In this document: in pieces, positions 24,738-34,498 of the stretch
How positions within the stretch are numbered: position 1 is the stretch's first letter
Layout: each line of letters opens with the position of its first letter
DNA from: a virus
Lineage: Duplodnaviria > Caudoviricetes
DNA: 56,709 nucleotides
IMG/VR virus record: IMGVR_UViG_3300047276_000460
Coordinates: 1-56,709 of that record
Strand: one strand, 5' to 3'
Translations under genes and position numbers: made by a program
Notes under the pieces: generated by a model
The model's database searches: none
The model's input: only the letters and a program-made list of their open reading frames with translations
What the model was told of the DNA's origin: nothing

Positions 24738-25391
24738 ATGGCCACGACGATGACATTCGAGACGCTCAAGCAGGACGTCCGCCGCTATCTTGAGCGCGGT
24801 GCCACGATGGCGTCCGACGCCGTCGTCTACGAGCAAATCCCGCGCCTGATCAATCTCGCCGAGCGCCGCATCGCCCGCGAGCTGAAGGTCGAAGGCTTCA
24901 TCAACGTGGTCACCGGCACGCTGATCGCGGGCCAGTCCGTATATGATAAGCCGGATCGCTGGCGCGACACGGTGTCTATGTCCATCGGCACTGGTGCCTC
25001 GAATGATGAGCGCAAGACGCTCTTCACGCGCGTATACGAGTACCTTCGGACCTACTGGCCGAATGCGACGCAGACAGGCGAGCCTGTCTTCTACAGCGAT
25101 TACGATTACTCGCACTGGCTGATCGCGCCGACGCCGGACCAGAATTATCCGTTCGAAATCTTGTATTACGAACTTCCGCCGCTTCTCGACGACGCTGTCC
25201 AGACCAACTGGATTACGGAGTACGCCCCGCAGCTTCTGCTCTACGGCACGCTGCTGGAGGCGACACCGTTCCTCAAGAACGACGAGCGCATCCCGGTCTG
25301 GCAGAACATGTATGACCGCGCGGCGGCCATGCTCAACGGTGAAGACCTCGGTAAAATTCTCGACCGCGCTTCTGTGCGCAAGGAGGCATAG
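24738..25391 (+). CDS. Tail adaptor protein (podovirus gp4/gp11-like)
   Basis: IP.LI.LAE.RI.R.L, APTPDQ.Y..E..YY, P.LLLYG.L.EA.PFLKNDER motifs. Confidence 0.75.
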   Translation: MATTMTFETLKQDVRRYLERGATMASDAVVYEQIPRLINLAERRIARELKVEGFINVVTGTLIAGQSVYDKPDRWRDTVSMSIGTGASNDERKTLFTRVYEYLRTYWPNATQTGEPVFYSDYDYSHWLIAPTPDQNYPFEILYYELPPLLDDAVQTNWITEYAPQLLLYGTLLEATPFLKNDERIPVWQNMYDRAAAMLNGEDLGKILDRASVRKEA

Positions 25392-25393
25392 AA

Positions 25394-28093
25394 ATGTCCG
25401 GCAACTCTTTCACTCAGGTCTTTGGCGGCACGACGATCTATCCGTCCGACGTCTCGTACCTTGCGCTCACTCTCAGCGCAGACACCATGCTCGAATGGCC
25501 GCTGGAGGCCACGGCGGGTAACAATCTCGTCGCGCGCATCATCGACGTCACACCGACGGGCGTGTTCACCATTTTCATGCCGGACGCGACGCAGGTCTCC
25601 GTCGGGCAGACGGTCCTGTTCAACAACCTCGGCCCCAACATCGTCACGGTCGATACCGCCGCCGGGAACGCGATCCTGAGCATGAACCCCGGCGAGCAGT
25701 GGCAAATTTACCTGACGGACAACACGACCGTCGCGGGGACGTGGCGCACGTTCCGGTACGGTGCGGCCACGGCGCAGGCGCAGGCCTCGGCGCTCGCTGG
25801 CCCCGGCATCGTCGCGCTCGGCTCGGTCCTCGCGCAGAACGCCGAAGTCGTTGACTTCTCCTCGACGCCGGTCACGGTGACGACTGCCGACCGCGCCAAG
25901 ACGTTCGTCTGGACGGGTGCGCTCGGCACGCTGGTGCTGCCGACCGCCGTGTCGGCTACCGACGGCTGGTTTATCAACCTGCGCAACAGCGGCTCCGGCG
26001 ATCTCGTCGTGGACCCCGCAGGGTCGGAAAGCATCAACGGCGCGAGCACGCTCACTTTGCAGCCGGGCGACAGCGCCAGCATCGTGACGGACGGCGTGCA
26101 GTGGTACACCATCGGCCTCGGGCAGCAGGCGGTCTTCGCCTTCGATTACACGTCGGTCGCGGTGACTGGCGGCACGTATACCCTGTCAGGCTCAGAACTG
26201 AACCGCATCGCGTATAAGTTCACAGGCGCCCTTTCGAGCAATGTCACGGTCGTCGTGCCTGCGACGGTGCAGCAATACTGGATCAATAACGCCACGACGG
26301 GCAGCTACACACTGTCGGTCCTTGCGGCAGGCAGCGCATCCCCTGTCGTTGTCGCCCAGAACACGACGGGTATCTACTACTGCGATGGCACCAACATCAT
26401 CGCCGCGACGACGGCTGCCGCCTTCGCTGGCGTCGTCGGCATCTCGCAAGGCGGCACTGGCGCGACGACCGCGCCGTCCGCGTTGACCAACCTCGGCGGC
26501 ACCGGCATCGGCACGTCGGTCTTCACGGCTGCCACGACGGCTGCCGCGCGCACGGCCATCGCCGCAGCGGCCTCGGGCGCGAACAGCGACATCACGTCGC
26601 TGACTGGCCTGACGACGCCCCTGAGCGTCGCACAGGGCGGCACAGGCTCCTCCACGGCTGCTGGAGCGCGCACGAACCTTGGCGCGGCTGCGTCGGGCAG
26701 CAACAGCGACATCACCGCCCTGACGGCGTCTGGAGGCATCCAGATCGGCGCACCGACTGGTGGCGCACAGGGCACGGGCACCATCAACGCGACGGGTCTG
26801 TTCATCAACGGCGTCGGTGTCGGCACCGGCTCCGGCTCCGTAACGAGCGTCGGCATGACGGTGCCCGCGTTCCTGAGCGTGACCGGCTCGCCCGTCACAA
26901 CCAGCGGCACGCTCGCCGTCTCGCTGTCGGGCACGGCTCTCCCTGTCGCCAACGGCGGCACGGGCCAGACCTCGTACACCGATGGGCAGCTCCTGATCGG
27001 CAACAGCGCGGGCAACACCCTGACGAAGAGCACGCTGACGGCTGGCTCGGGCATCTCGATTACCAACGGCGGTGGCTCGATCACGATTTCGTCCACGGCA
27101 GGCAGCGGCACCGTGACGTCGGTCTCGGGCAGCGGCGGCACGACGGGCCTCACCCTGACTGGCGGCCCGATCACGACATCGGGCACGCTCACTATCGGCG
27201 GCACGCTTGCCGTCGCGTCAGGCGGCACGGGCGCGGCGACTGCTTCAGGTGCCCGTCTCAACCTTGGCGCAGCGGCATCGGGCGCGAACAGCGACATCAC
27301 GTCCCTCAGCAACCTGTCCACGCCTCTCAGCATCGCGCAGGGCGGTACGGGCGCGTCTACGGCGGCTGGCGCGCGTTCGGCGATCTCCGCAGCGGCCTCG
27401 GGCGCAAACAGCGACATCACGGCACTGAGCGGCCTCACGACGGCTTTGTCGGTCGGGCAGGGCGGCACCGGCTCCACCACCGCGAGCGGTGCGCGCACGA
27501 ACCTCGGCGCGACGTCCATCGGCGCCTCAATGTTTACGCTGGCCGACCCGAGCGCCGTGACGTTCCCGCGCTTCAACGCAGACAATACGATCTCCGCATT
27601 GGACGCCGCGTCCTTCCGCACGGCCATCGGCGCGGGCACCAGCTCGACGACCGGCACGGTCACCTCGGTCAGCGGCACCGGCTCGGCCAACGGTCTCAGC
27701 CTGTCCGGCACGGTCACGACCTCGGGCAACATCACGCTCAGTGGCTCTGTCACCTCGGTCGCGACCGGCGCGACCATCGACGGTGTCACCATCGGCTACC
27801 GCAACATCCCACGCTCGACCACGAGCGGCACGGCGACGACCGGCGATGTCGGCAAGGTCATCGCGGTCTCGGCTGGCATCACCATCCCCAACGCGACCTT
27901 CGCGGCTGGCGACGCGGTCTCAATCTATAACGACAGCGCCTCCTCGGTTACGATCACGCAGGGCGCCAGCCTCACGCTTCGTCAGGCGGGCACGACCAAC
28001 ACCGGCAACCGCACGCTGGCCGCACGCGGCATGGCGACGATCTGGTTCAACGGCGCGAGCGAGGCGATCATTTCGGGCGCGGGGGTGAGCTGA
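25394..28093 (+). CDS. Second tail fibre/spike-like protein
   Basis: 899 aa G/T/S/A-rich; GARTNLGAAASGANSDITSL repeats shared with 17220-21464. Confidence 0.75.
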   Translation: MSGNSFTQVFGGTTIYPSDVSYLALTLSADTMLEWPLEATAGNNLVARIIDVTPTGVFTIFMPDATQVSVGQTVLFNNLGPNIVTVDTAAGNAILSMNPGEQWQIYLTDNTTVAGTWRTFRYGAATAQAQASALAGPGIVALGSVLAQNAEVVDFSSTPVTVTTADRAKTFVWTGALGTLVLPTAVSATDGWFINLRNSGSGDLVVDPAGSESINGASTLTLQPGDSASIVTDGVQWYTIGLGQQAVFAFDYTSVAVTGGTYTLSGSELNRIAYKFTGALSSNVTVVVPATVQQYWINNATTGSYTLSVLAAGSASPVVVAQNTTGIYYCDGTNIIAATTAAAFAGVVGISQGGTGATTAPSALTNLGGTGIGTSVFTAATTAAARTAIAAAASGANSDITSLTGLTTPLSVAQGGTGSSTAAGARTNLGAAASGSNSDITALTASGGIQIGAPTGGAQGTGTINATGLFINGVGVGTGSGSVTSVGMTVPAFLSVTGSPVTTSGTLAVSLSGTALPVANGGTGQTSYTDGQLLIGNSAGNTLTKSTLTAGSGISITNGGGSITISSTAGSGTVTSVSGSGGTTGLTLTGGPITTSGTLTIGGTLAVASGGTGAATASGARLNLGAAASGANSDITSLSNLSTPLSIAQGGTGASTAAGARSAISAAASGANSDITALSGLTTALSVGQGGTGSTTASGARTNLGATSIGASMFTLADPSAVTFPRFNADNTISALDAASFRTAIGAGTSSTTGTVTSVSGTGSANGLSLSGTVTTSGNITLSGSVTSVATGATIDGVTIGYRNIPRSTTSGTATTGDVGKVIAVSAGITIPNATFAAGDAVSIYNDSASSVTITQGASLTLRQAGTTNTGNRTLAARGMATIWFNGASEAIISGAGVS

Positions 28094-28707
28094 TGAGCGG
28101 CATCCACATGGCGCTGCTGGGTGCTGCGGGGTTTACCCCTGTCACCAACATCTACACTTCCGGTACCGCTGCGACCGAAACGGTGCCTACGGGGGCCACG
28201 CAAGTCGTCATCACCGTGGACGGCGGTGGCGGCGCTGGCGGGTACAATGGGACGACCCTCGGGGGCGGCGGTGGCGGTGGTGGCCGCACCGTCAAAACTA
28301 TCGCGGTCACGGGCGGTAACACGCTGACGTACACCGTGGGGGGCACGACGGTCGGGCGCAGCACCGCAGGCACAGGGGGCACCGGCAAGACGTCCACAGT
28401 GACTGGCACTGTTTCTGGCGGCTCGGTGAGCTTGACCGCAAATGGCGGCGCTGGTGGGAGCGCAGGGGGCGGCGGCGCGGGAGGCACAGCTACCGGCGGC
28501 GACACCAACACCTCGGGCGGCGCGGGCCTCGACATCACAGGCGACGGCATTGGGGGCAGTGGCGCGAGTGGCGCGTCAGGGGGCGTCTACACCGGCACTA
28601 TCAACGGCTCCGCGCCGGGTGGCGGCGGGGGCGGAAGCGGCCCGGACGCAGGCGGCGTGACCTCCGGCACTGGCGCTCGCGGCCAAGTTCAGTTCGCCTA
28701 CACGTAA
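28093..28707 (+). CDS. Glycine-rich tail-associated protein
   Basis: GGGGAGG/GGGGGGG repeats; follows fibre; TGATG coupling. Confidence 0.75.
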   Translation: MSGIHMALLGAAGFTPVTNIYTSGTAATETVPTGATQVVITVDGGGGAGGYNGTTLGGGGGGGGRTVKTIAVTGGNTLTYTVGGTTVGRSTAGTGGTGKTSTVTGTVSGGSVSLTANGGAGGSAGGGGAGGTATGGDTNTSGGAGLDITGDGIGGSGASGASGGVYTGTINGSAPGGGGGGSGPDAGGVTSGTGARGQVQFAYT

Positions 28708-28718
28708 GGATCAGCATA

Positions 28719-30491
28719 GTGGCCGACAACGTCATCCAGATCAGATCGCTTCCCGGCATCAAGCGGGACGGTACGCGCTTCGAGGGCGACCAGTATGTGG
28801 ACGGCCAGTGGGTGCGCTTCCAGCGCGGTCTGCCGCGCAAGATGGGCGGCTATCGCTCGATCAACAAGTTCCTTCAGGGGCTGCCGCGCACACTGAACGA
28901 GTACACTCAGAACCTGTTGACTTACATCCACGCAGGCTCGGCCAACAAGGTCGAGCGTTTCTATATCGACGGCACGTACAACACGAGTGTCATCAGCGAC
29001 CGCACGCCGGGTGCCCTCGCCGCAAACGACGCCAACCTCTGGCAGTTTGACGTCGGCTACGACACCACGAACGGCAACCAGATCGTGGCGCAGGTCGCGC
29101 CGAACCTGAACTGCATCTGCAACAGCGACGGCGGCCAACTCTTCGTCGGCGACCTCCTCGGAACGTCGGCACTGACGCCCGTCACAGCGGTCCCCGCGAA
29201 CTTCAACGTGACTGGCGGCGTCGTGACGCTGCCACCGTACACGGTCGCCTTCGGGAACGACGGCTACGTTGCGTGGTCGGTGCCGAACAGTCCAGCCGAC
29301 TTTACCGGCTCAGGCGCAGGCAACGCATTCGTCACGGGCCAGAAGATCGTGCGCGGCATGCCGCTGCGCGGCGGCCCCGGCAACAGCCCCTCGGGCCTTC
29401 TCTGGTCGGCCGATAGCCTCGTCCGCATGACGTATATCGGCGGCACGGCAGTCTTCCAGTTTGACACAATCAGCACGCAGACGTCGATCATGTCGGCGCA
29501 GTCGGTCATCGAGTACGACGGCGTGTTCTACTGGCTCGGCACTGACCGCTTCTTGTCGTTCAACGGCGTCGTTCGCGAGGTCGAGAACAACATGAACCAG
29601 AACTTTTTCTTCGACAATCTCAACTACCAGTACCGCCAGAAGGTGTTCGCCTTCAAGGTGCCGCGCTTCGGTGAAATTTGGTGGTGCTTCCCGCTCGGTA
29701 CAAGCACGGAGCCGAACCACGCTATCGTGTACAACGTGCGCGAGAACATCTGGTACGACACCGAGTTGCCAAACGGTGGTCGCGGTGCGGGCATCTTCCC
29801 TGCCGTCTTCCGCAAGCCGCTCCTGTCTGGCGTGGAGCCGCAAGACTACCAAGCGACAGCCGTCGCTATCGCGGCGGCGGGCACAGGCTACGCCGTCGGC
29901 AACACCCTTACCGTGTCTGGCGGCATCGGCAGCATCGACGTCGAACTGACGGTCACGACGGTCAGCGGTGGTGGCGGTGTGACGGGCGTCACGCTGTCGA
30001 ACGCGGGCAGCTACACGACCACTCCGTCCAACCCAGTGTCGGTGACGGGAGGCGCGGGCAGCGGCGCGACGTTCAACTTGACCTTCGTGCAGCCGTACAA
30101 GTTTTGGGTCCACGAAGTCGGCACGGACGAGATCGATGGCACTGCCGTCAACCCCATCCAGAGCTATTTCGAAACGGCGGACCTGTCGCTACCGGTGCAG
30201 TCTCAGACGAACAAGGCCATTCAGGTGCTGATGATGGAGCCTGACTTCGTGCAGTCTGGTGACATGACAGTTCAGGTCATGGGTCGCGCCAACGCTCGCG
30301 CCCCTGAAGTGAACGGCGAGCAGAAGACGATCTACGAAAATCCGCAGACGCCGCAGGAGCAGGTGGTCTATTTCAAGGAGGAGCGGCGCGAGCTGCGCTT
30401 CCGTTTCGAGAGCAACACCGTCGGCGGAGATTACCAGATGGGTCTCATCCTCGCGCACGTCCAGCCCGGCGACGGCACGGTCATCGGGTAA
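28719..30491 (+). CDS. Tail nozzle / DNA stabilisation protein (P22 gp10/T7 gp12-like)
   Basis: PGIKRDG, WVRF.RG.P.K.GG start, beta-propeller-like composition, FGEIWW.FP; G/T-rich insertion. Confidence 0.7.
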   Translation: MADNVIQIRSLPGIKRDGTRFEGDQYVDGQWVRFQRGLPRKMGGYRSINKFLQGLPRTLNEYTQNLLTYIHAGSANKVERFYIDGTYNTSVISDRTPGALAANDANLWQFDVGYDTTNGNQIVAQVAPNLNCICNSDGGQLFVGDLLGTSALTPVTAVPANFNVTGGVVTLPPYTVAFGNDGYVAWSVPNSPADFTGSGAGNAFVTGQKIVRGMPLRGGPGNSPSGLLWSADSLVRMTYIGGTAVFQFDTISTQTSIMSAQSVIEYDGVFYWLGTDRFLSFNGVVREVENNMNQNFFFDNLNYQYRQKVFAFKVPRFGEIWWCFPLGTSTEPNHAIVYNVRENIWYDTELPNGGRGAGIFPAVFRKPLLSGVEPQDYQATAVAIAAAGTGYAVGNTLTVSGGIGSIDVELTVTTVSGGGGVTGVTLSNAGSYTTTPSNPVSVTGGAGSGATFNLTFVQPYKFWVHEVGTDEIDGTAVNPIQSYFETADLSLPVQSQTNKAIQVLMMEPDFVQSGDMTVQVMGRANARAPEVNGEQKTIYENPQTPQEQVVYFKEERRELRFRFESNTVGGDYQMGLILAHVQPGDGTVIG

Positions 30492-30727
30492 TGTCCGTCA
30501 ACCCAATCGGCCTGACATTGCGCCAGTGGGCGGACGCTGCTATACTGACGACAAGTGACGCTTGGGCTTTCGGGAAATTGACCGACGAGACCAAGTGGCA
30601 AGACTGGGCGGTAGGATTTGTACGCGCGTCTCCCTTTACGCAGCGCGTCCTCCCTGATCCATATCAATTCGATGATTGGCGGGACTGGGCGATGCGAGTT
30701 TATCCGATGCTTGAGGAACAGAACTGA
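30491..30727 (+). CDS. Small Trp-rich hypothetical protein
   Basis: TAATG coupling; PDPY.F.DW.DWA motif. Confidence 0.7.
   Translation: MSVNPIGLTLRQWADAAILTTSDAWAFGKLTDETKWQDWAVGFVRASPFTQRVLPDPYQFDDWRDWAMRVYPMLEEQN
30518..30546 (+). promoter_or_regulatory. Putative internal promoter for the ejection-protein genes
   Basis: TTGCGC-17nt-TATACT with TG extended -10. Confidence 0.5.
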
Positions 30728-32730
30728 TGCCGTTCGGTGAACTTCCGCTTGCCGCGCAGGCGGCGTTTCTCAGCGCCGAAACCCCGAAAGGCGTGCAGAT
30801 CGCGGCGCCTTTGACCAACAAAGGCAGCGAAACTGGCTGGGGTTCGGACAACACGTTCTCTTACATGGGAGGCCCGATCCGCGTCACCGACCGCAGCGGC
30901 AACGTGCTCTTCAGCGGCGAGGGGCCAGAAGCCGCCGCGCAGGCTGTGAAGTTCGCCCAGAACCTGAGCGACACGATGGGCCCGGCGGCTGCGTGGGACA
31001 TCCAGCAGGGCGAGCGCACCATCAACCCGGACGGGACCGTGGGCGGCACGCGCTGGATTTCAGGGCCGACGGACGTCAAAGATAGTGATGTCGGCCCGCT
31101 CGGCCTTGCTCTCGACATCGGGCTGCCCATCGCCATGAACGCCTTGCTTCCGGGGTCTGGCTTCCTTGGGCAAGCTCTCGGCAAGGTCGGCGCGACGATG
31201 GCAGCGAGCGGCCTCGGGTCTGCGCTCTCTGGCGCAGTTCAGGGTAAAAGCCTCAGCGACATTGCCACGTCTGCGGGGCTTTCCGCAGCGACGGCGGGCC
31301 TTCTCAAAGGCACGCCCATCGGCGGCTATCTTGATAAGGCCATCGGCAGCATCCCCGTCGTCGGCGACGTGGCCAAGGAGATCGCCAAGGTCGGCGGCAC
31401 GAGCGCCGCCGCGAATGCCGTTGGCGACGAAATCATCGTCAATGCGCTCCCGTCACTCGCGTCGTCTGTGGTGCCGAGCCTCGTTGCGCCGACGCTGGCC
31501 AGCAGCATCGCTTCAAAGTACCCGACATACCAGCCGACGACGCAGTCGTCGCTTCTGGATCAGCCCGCAGCCCCATCGAACGCGCCTGCGTATAATCCGC
31601 TGGAAGACATCACGGCTACGGGCATGCGGCTTCCGAGCATCACTACGCCGTTTGTTCCGGCTGCCAGCAATCTGTTTTCTCAGGCCCAGTATTCTGGTGG
31701 CGAAAACGTGCGCGACACCCAGCAATCGCCGACCAATGAGCAGCAAGAGCCGGTCGATGATGCTTCGAACATCATCGTGACGGCACAGAACTCGGTCAAC
31801 CCGTCTCTGCTTCTTTCAGGCGTTCCGGGCGCGCTGTCGACGAACGTGTTCGGGAGCAAGGTTACTCCTGAAGGCGACATTGTCGCGACGGCAGAGAAAG
31901 CTCCTAAGACGTCTCTGACGCTCTCGGGTGTCCCGAGCGTTCTCGATCTGGCGAAGACAACATACCCGAACTACACGCCGCCCACCGATGTGACTACCGG
32001 GCCTGACATCACGGTCACGGCTAAGGATAGTTCTTTCTTGCTGCCGAGCGTGGCGAGTGCAATCGCGAACCAGACGCTGCCTGCACTGACGCAGAACCCG
32101 GCTTCGCAAACGCCCGAGGCGAGCAAGAAGTCGGACCTCGACAAGATCGTCGAATACCTTCGTCTCGCCGGTCTGGGCACGAGCCTCATCGGGGGTCTGC
32201 TCGGTAGTGGAAGCAAGCCCGGCACTGCGGGCACGATCCCCGCAGGTCTCGGCGGCGGCCTCAATCCGGTCTTCTCGGCCAAGCTCCCTGCGGCCAATCT
32301 GCCCGGCGCGTCGACCGACTTCGCCGTGCGCCCCGCCAGCGAGATCGGAACAGCCAACGGTGCGACCCGCGACTGGAACAAATACGGCTTCTCGCCCGAG
32401 GCCAGCTTCTTCACCTATGTGCCGAAGCGCGGGTATGCGCATGGCGGATATTCGCACGGCGGCCCGCGTGAGCCTCGGACTGACTTCGCCGTGCGCGGCC
32501 CCGGCGACGGGCGCAGCGACGACATCCCAGCCGTCCTGTCGGACGGCGAGTATGTCATGGACGCAGAGACCGTCGCCCTCCTCGGCAACGGCTCGAGCAA
32601 GGCGGGCGCAGATGCGCTCGACCGCTTCCGCGTGAACATTCGTAAACACAAGGGCGCGCAGCTTGCCAAGGGCAAGTTCAGCGTCGATGCAAAGCAGCCA
32701 GAACGCTATCTGGCCGGAGGACGTACCTAA
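30727..32730 (+). CDS. Internal virion / ejection protein 1
   Basis: Gly/Ala hydrophobic helices, D[IV][ITV]V[TN]A repeats, C-term V.GPGDGRSDDIPA.LSDGEYV..A.TV domain. Confidence 0.65.
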   Translation: MPFGELPLAAQAAFLSAETPKGVQIAAPLTNKGSETGWGSDNTFSYMGGPIRVTDRSGNVLFSGEGPEAAAQAVKFAQNLSDTMGPAAAWDIQQGERTINPDGTVGGTRWISGPTDVKDSDVGPLGLALDIGLPIAMNALLPGSGFLGQALGKVGATMAASGLGSALSGAVQGKSLSDIATSAGLSAATAGLLKGTPIGGYLDKAIGSIPVVGDVAKEIAKVGGTSAAANAVGDEIIVNALPSLASSVVPSLVAPTLASSIASKYPTYQPTTQSSLLDQPAAPSNAPAYNPLEDITATGMRLPSITTPFVPAASNLFSQAQYSGGENVRDTQQSPTNEQQEPVDDASNIIVTAQNSVNPSLLLSGVPGALSTNVFGSKVTPEGDIVATAEKAPKTSLTLSGVPSVLDLAKTTYPNYTPPTDVTTGPDITVTAKDSSFLLPSVASAIANQTLPALTQNPASQTPEASKKSDLDKIVEYLRLAGLGTSLIGGLLGSGSKPGTAGTIPAGLGGGLNPVFSAKLPAANLPGASTDFAVRPASEIGTANGATRDWNKYGFSPEASFFTYVPKRGYAHGGYSHGGPREPRTDFAVRGPGDGRSDDIPAVLSDGEYVMDAETVALLGNGSSKAGADALDRFRVNIRKHKGAQLAKGKFSVDAKQPERYLAGGRT

Positions 32731-33779
32731 TGCCGCTCACCGATTTCCTCTCTGAAGGTTCGCCTATTCCGGCAGGCTCCGCCGTCAAGTCGCTCACCAC
32801 GCAGACGGTGCTGCCCGAGTGGTATACCAATTATGCTATGCAGCTTCTGGCGAACCAGCAGGCCGCGTCGGCGCGGCCCTACGAGACGGCGCCGATGCCC
32901 CGCATCGCGGACTTCACGCCGGAACAGCGTCAGGCCTTCGGGATGACTGGGCAGGCGGCGACCGCCTACCAGCCCGCGCTGACGACGGCGACGCAGGCGA
33001 CGCAGGGCGCTCTGACCGCGCCGGGCGGCCTCGCGACGGCGCAGCCTTATATCAACAAGGCGGCTGAGAGCACTGTCGCCAACATCGGGCAGTACATGAA
33101 CCCGTACACCGAGCAGGTCGTCAATCGCATCGCCGACCTCGGCGGGCGCAACCTGCGCGAGACGATCATGCCCGAGATCGAAGGCCGCTACATTCGCGCC
33201 GGGCAGCTTGGCTACGGCCCGAGCGGCGGTGCGGCGGGTACGCCGAGCGGCATGCTGACCGACACCGCGCGTGCCGTCCGCGACGTCCAGAGCGACATCC
33301 TCGGCAAGCAGAGCGAGGCGCTGCGCGCGGGCTACAGCGAGGCTGCGGGCCTCTCCGCTGCCGATCTGACACGGCTGGGCAATCTCGGAACGACTGCCGG
33401 AAACCTTCAGGGCAACGACATCGCGCGCCAGCTCGAGGCGGCGCAGCAGCTCGGCGGCCTCGGCTCGGCGGCGCAGAGCCTCGGCCTCAAGGGCGCAGAA
33501 GCTGTCGGCGGGGTCGGCACGCAGCAGCAGGCCCTCAACCAGAAGAACCTCGACCTCGCCTACGCGGACTTCCTGCGCCAGCAGGGCTACCCGCAGGAGC
33601 AGATCGACAAGGCTCTCGGTACCTACGGCGCACTGGCGGGCACCATGCCCAAGGCGACGACCGAGCAGGGCATCGTGCCCATGGGCGTACCCGAAACGCC
33701 CCCGAGCACGGCGGAGACCATCGGCGGCACGCTCACGGGGCTGGGGTCGATCTTGGCCGCTCTCAAAAAGGGCGTCTAG
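32730..33779 (+). CDS. Internal virion / ejection protein 2
   Basis: T.LPEWY..Y, YMNPY..QV, Q/A/G-rich, hydrophobic Gly-rich C-terminus. Confidence 0.65.
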   Translation: MPLTDFLSEGSPIPAGSAVKSLTTQTVLPEWYTNYAMQLLANQQAASARPYETAPMPRIADFTPEQRQAFGMTGQAATAYQPALTTATQATQGALTAPGGLATAQPYINKAAESTVANIGQYMNPYTEQVVNRIADLGGRNLRETIMPEIEGRYIRAGQLGYGPSGGAAGTPSGMLTDTARAVRDVQSDILGKQSEALRAGYSEAAGLSAADLTRLGNLGTTAGNLQGNDIARQLEAAQQLGGLGSAAQSLGLKGAEAVGGVGTQQQALNQKNLDLAYADFLRQQGYPQEQIDKALGTYGALAGTMPKATTEQGIVPMGVPETPPSTAETIGGTLTGLGSILAALKKGV

Positions 33780-33839
33780 GGCGTGACGCCGCGCGATCAA
33801 AATGTTATGAACACCTAGTCTGCGAGAGTTGAGGCACCA

Positions 33840-34493
33840 ATGGAAGACGACACTGAAACTCAGTACGGGATGCCCGACGCGACGGAGCAGGACGCAGGCT
33901 TCGCTGTCGGCCCCAAGGCGGACGAGTACGCCGACTGGGAGGCCCGACAGGCCGACTTCGCGCGGCGCGCCTCTCAGCAGCGCCTCCAGCAGTTCAGCGA
34001 CGCCAAGCAGTACATCGAGCGGGCCTATCGCGGCCCGAGCACGTCGGAGCAGCTTATGGCGATCTCGCAGGCGCTCCTCGCGCCGCGTCGCTATCGCGGC
34101 TTTGCAGGCACCATGTCCAAGCTGGTGCCCGCCTTTGGCGGCATTCAGGAGGCCCAGCGCAAGGCCGAGCAGCAGCGCGCGCAGGCCCTGATGCAGCTCC
34201 AGCAGCAATACCAGACCGGCGAGACGACTGCCGAAGGTGAAGGGCTGAAGAACCAGCTCGCCGTCATCAAGGCTCGGGCCGCTGCGAACAAGCCGATGTG
34301 GGCACGCACGGTCAACCCGGACACGAACGAAGTCACGATGACGCCGATCTATCCGAACCAGCAGCCGAGCGGCGGGGCGAACATCCCCGTCATCCGCAAC
34401 AAAGCAGAGCTTGCCAAGCTGCCGCCCAACATCAGGTTCTTCATCGCCGCAGATGATCCGACGCAGACACCGCGCCGCGTGCCCGGAAGGTAA
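33840..34493 (+). CDS. Internal virion protein 3
   Basis: Helical Q-rich ORF in ejection cluster; GAGG SD; GTGACG-17-TATGAA upstream. Confidence 0.6.
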   Translation: MEDDTETQYGMPDATEQDAGFAVGPKADEYADWEARQADFARRASQQRLQQFSDAKQYIERAYRGPSTSEQLMAISQALLAPRRYRGFAGTMSKLVPAFGGIQEAQRKAEQQRAQALMQLQQQYQTGETTAEGEGLKNQLAVIKARAAANKPMWARTVNPDTNEVTMTPIYPNQQPSGGANIPVIRNKAELAKLPPNIRFFIAADDPTQTPRRVPGR

Positions 34494-34498
34494 GAAAC

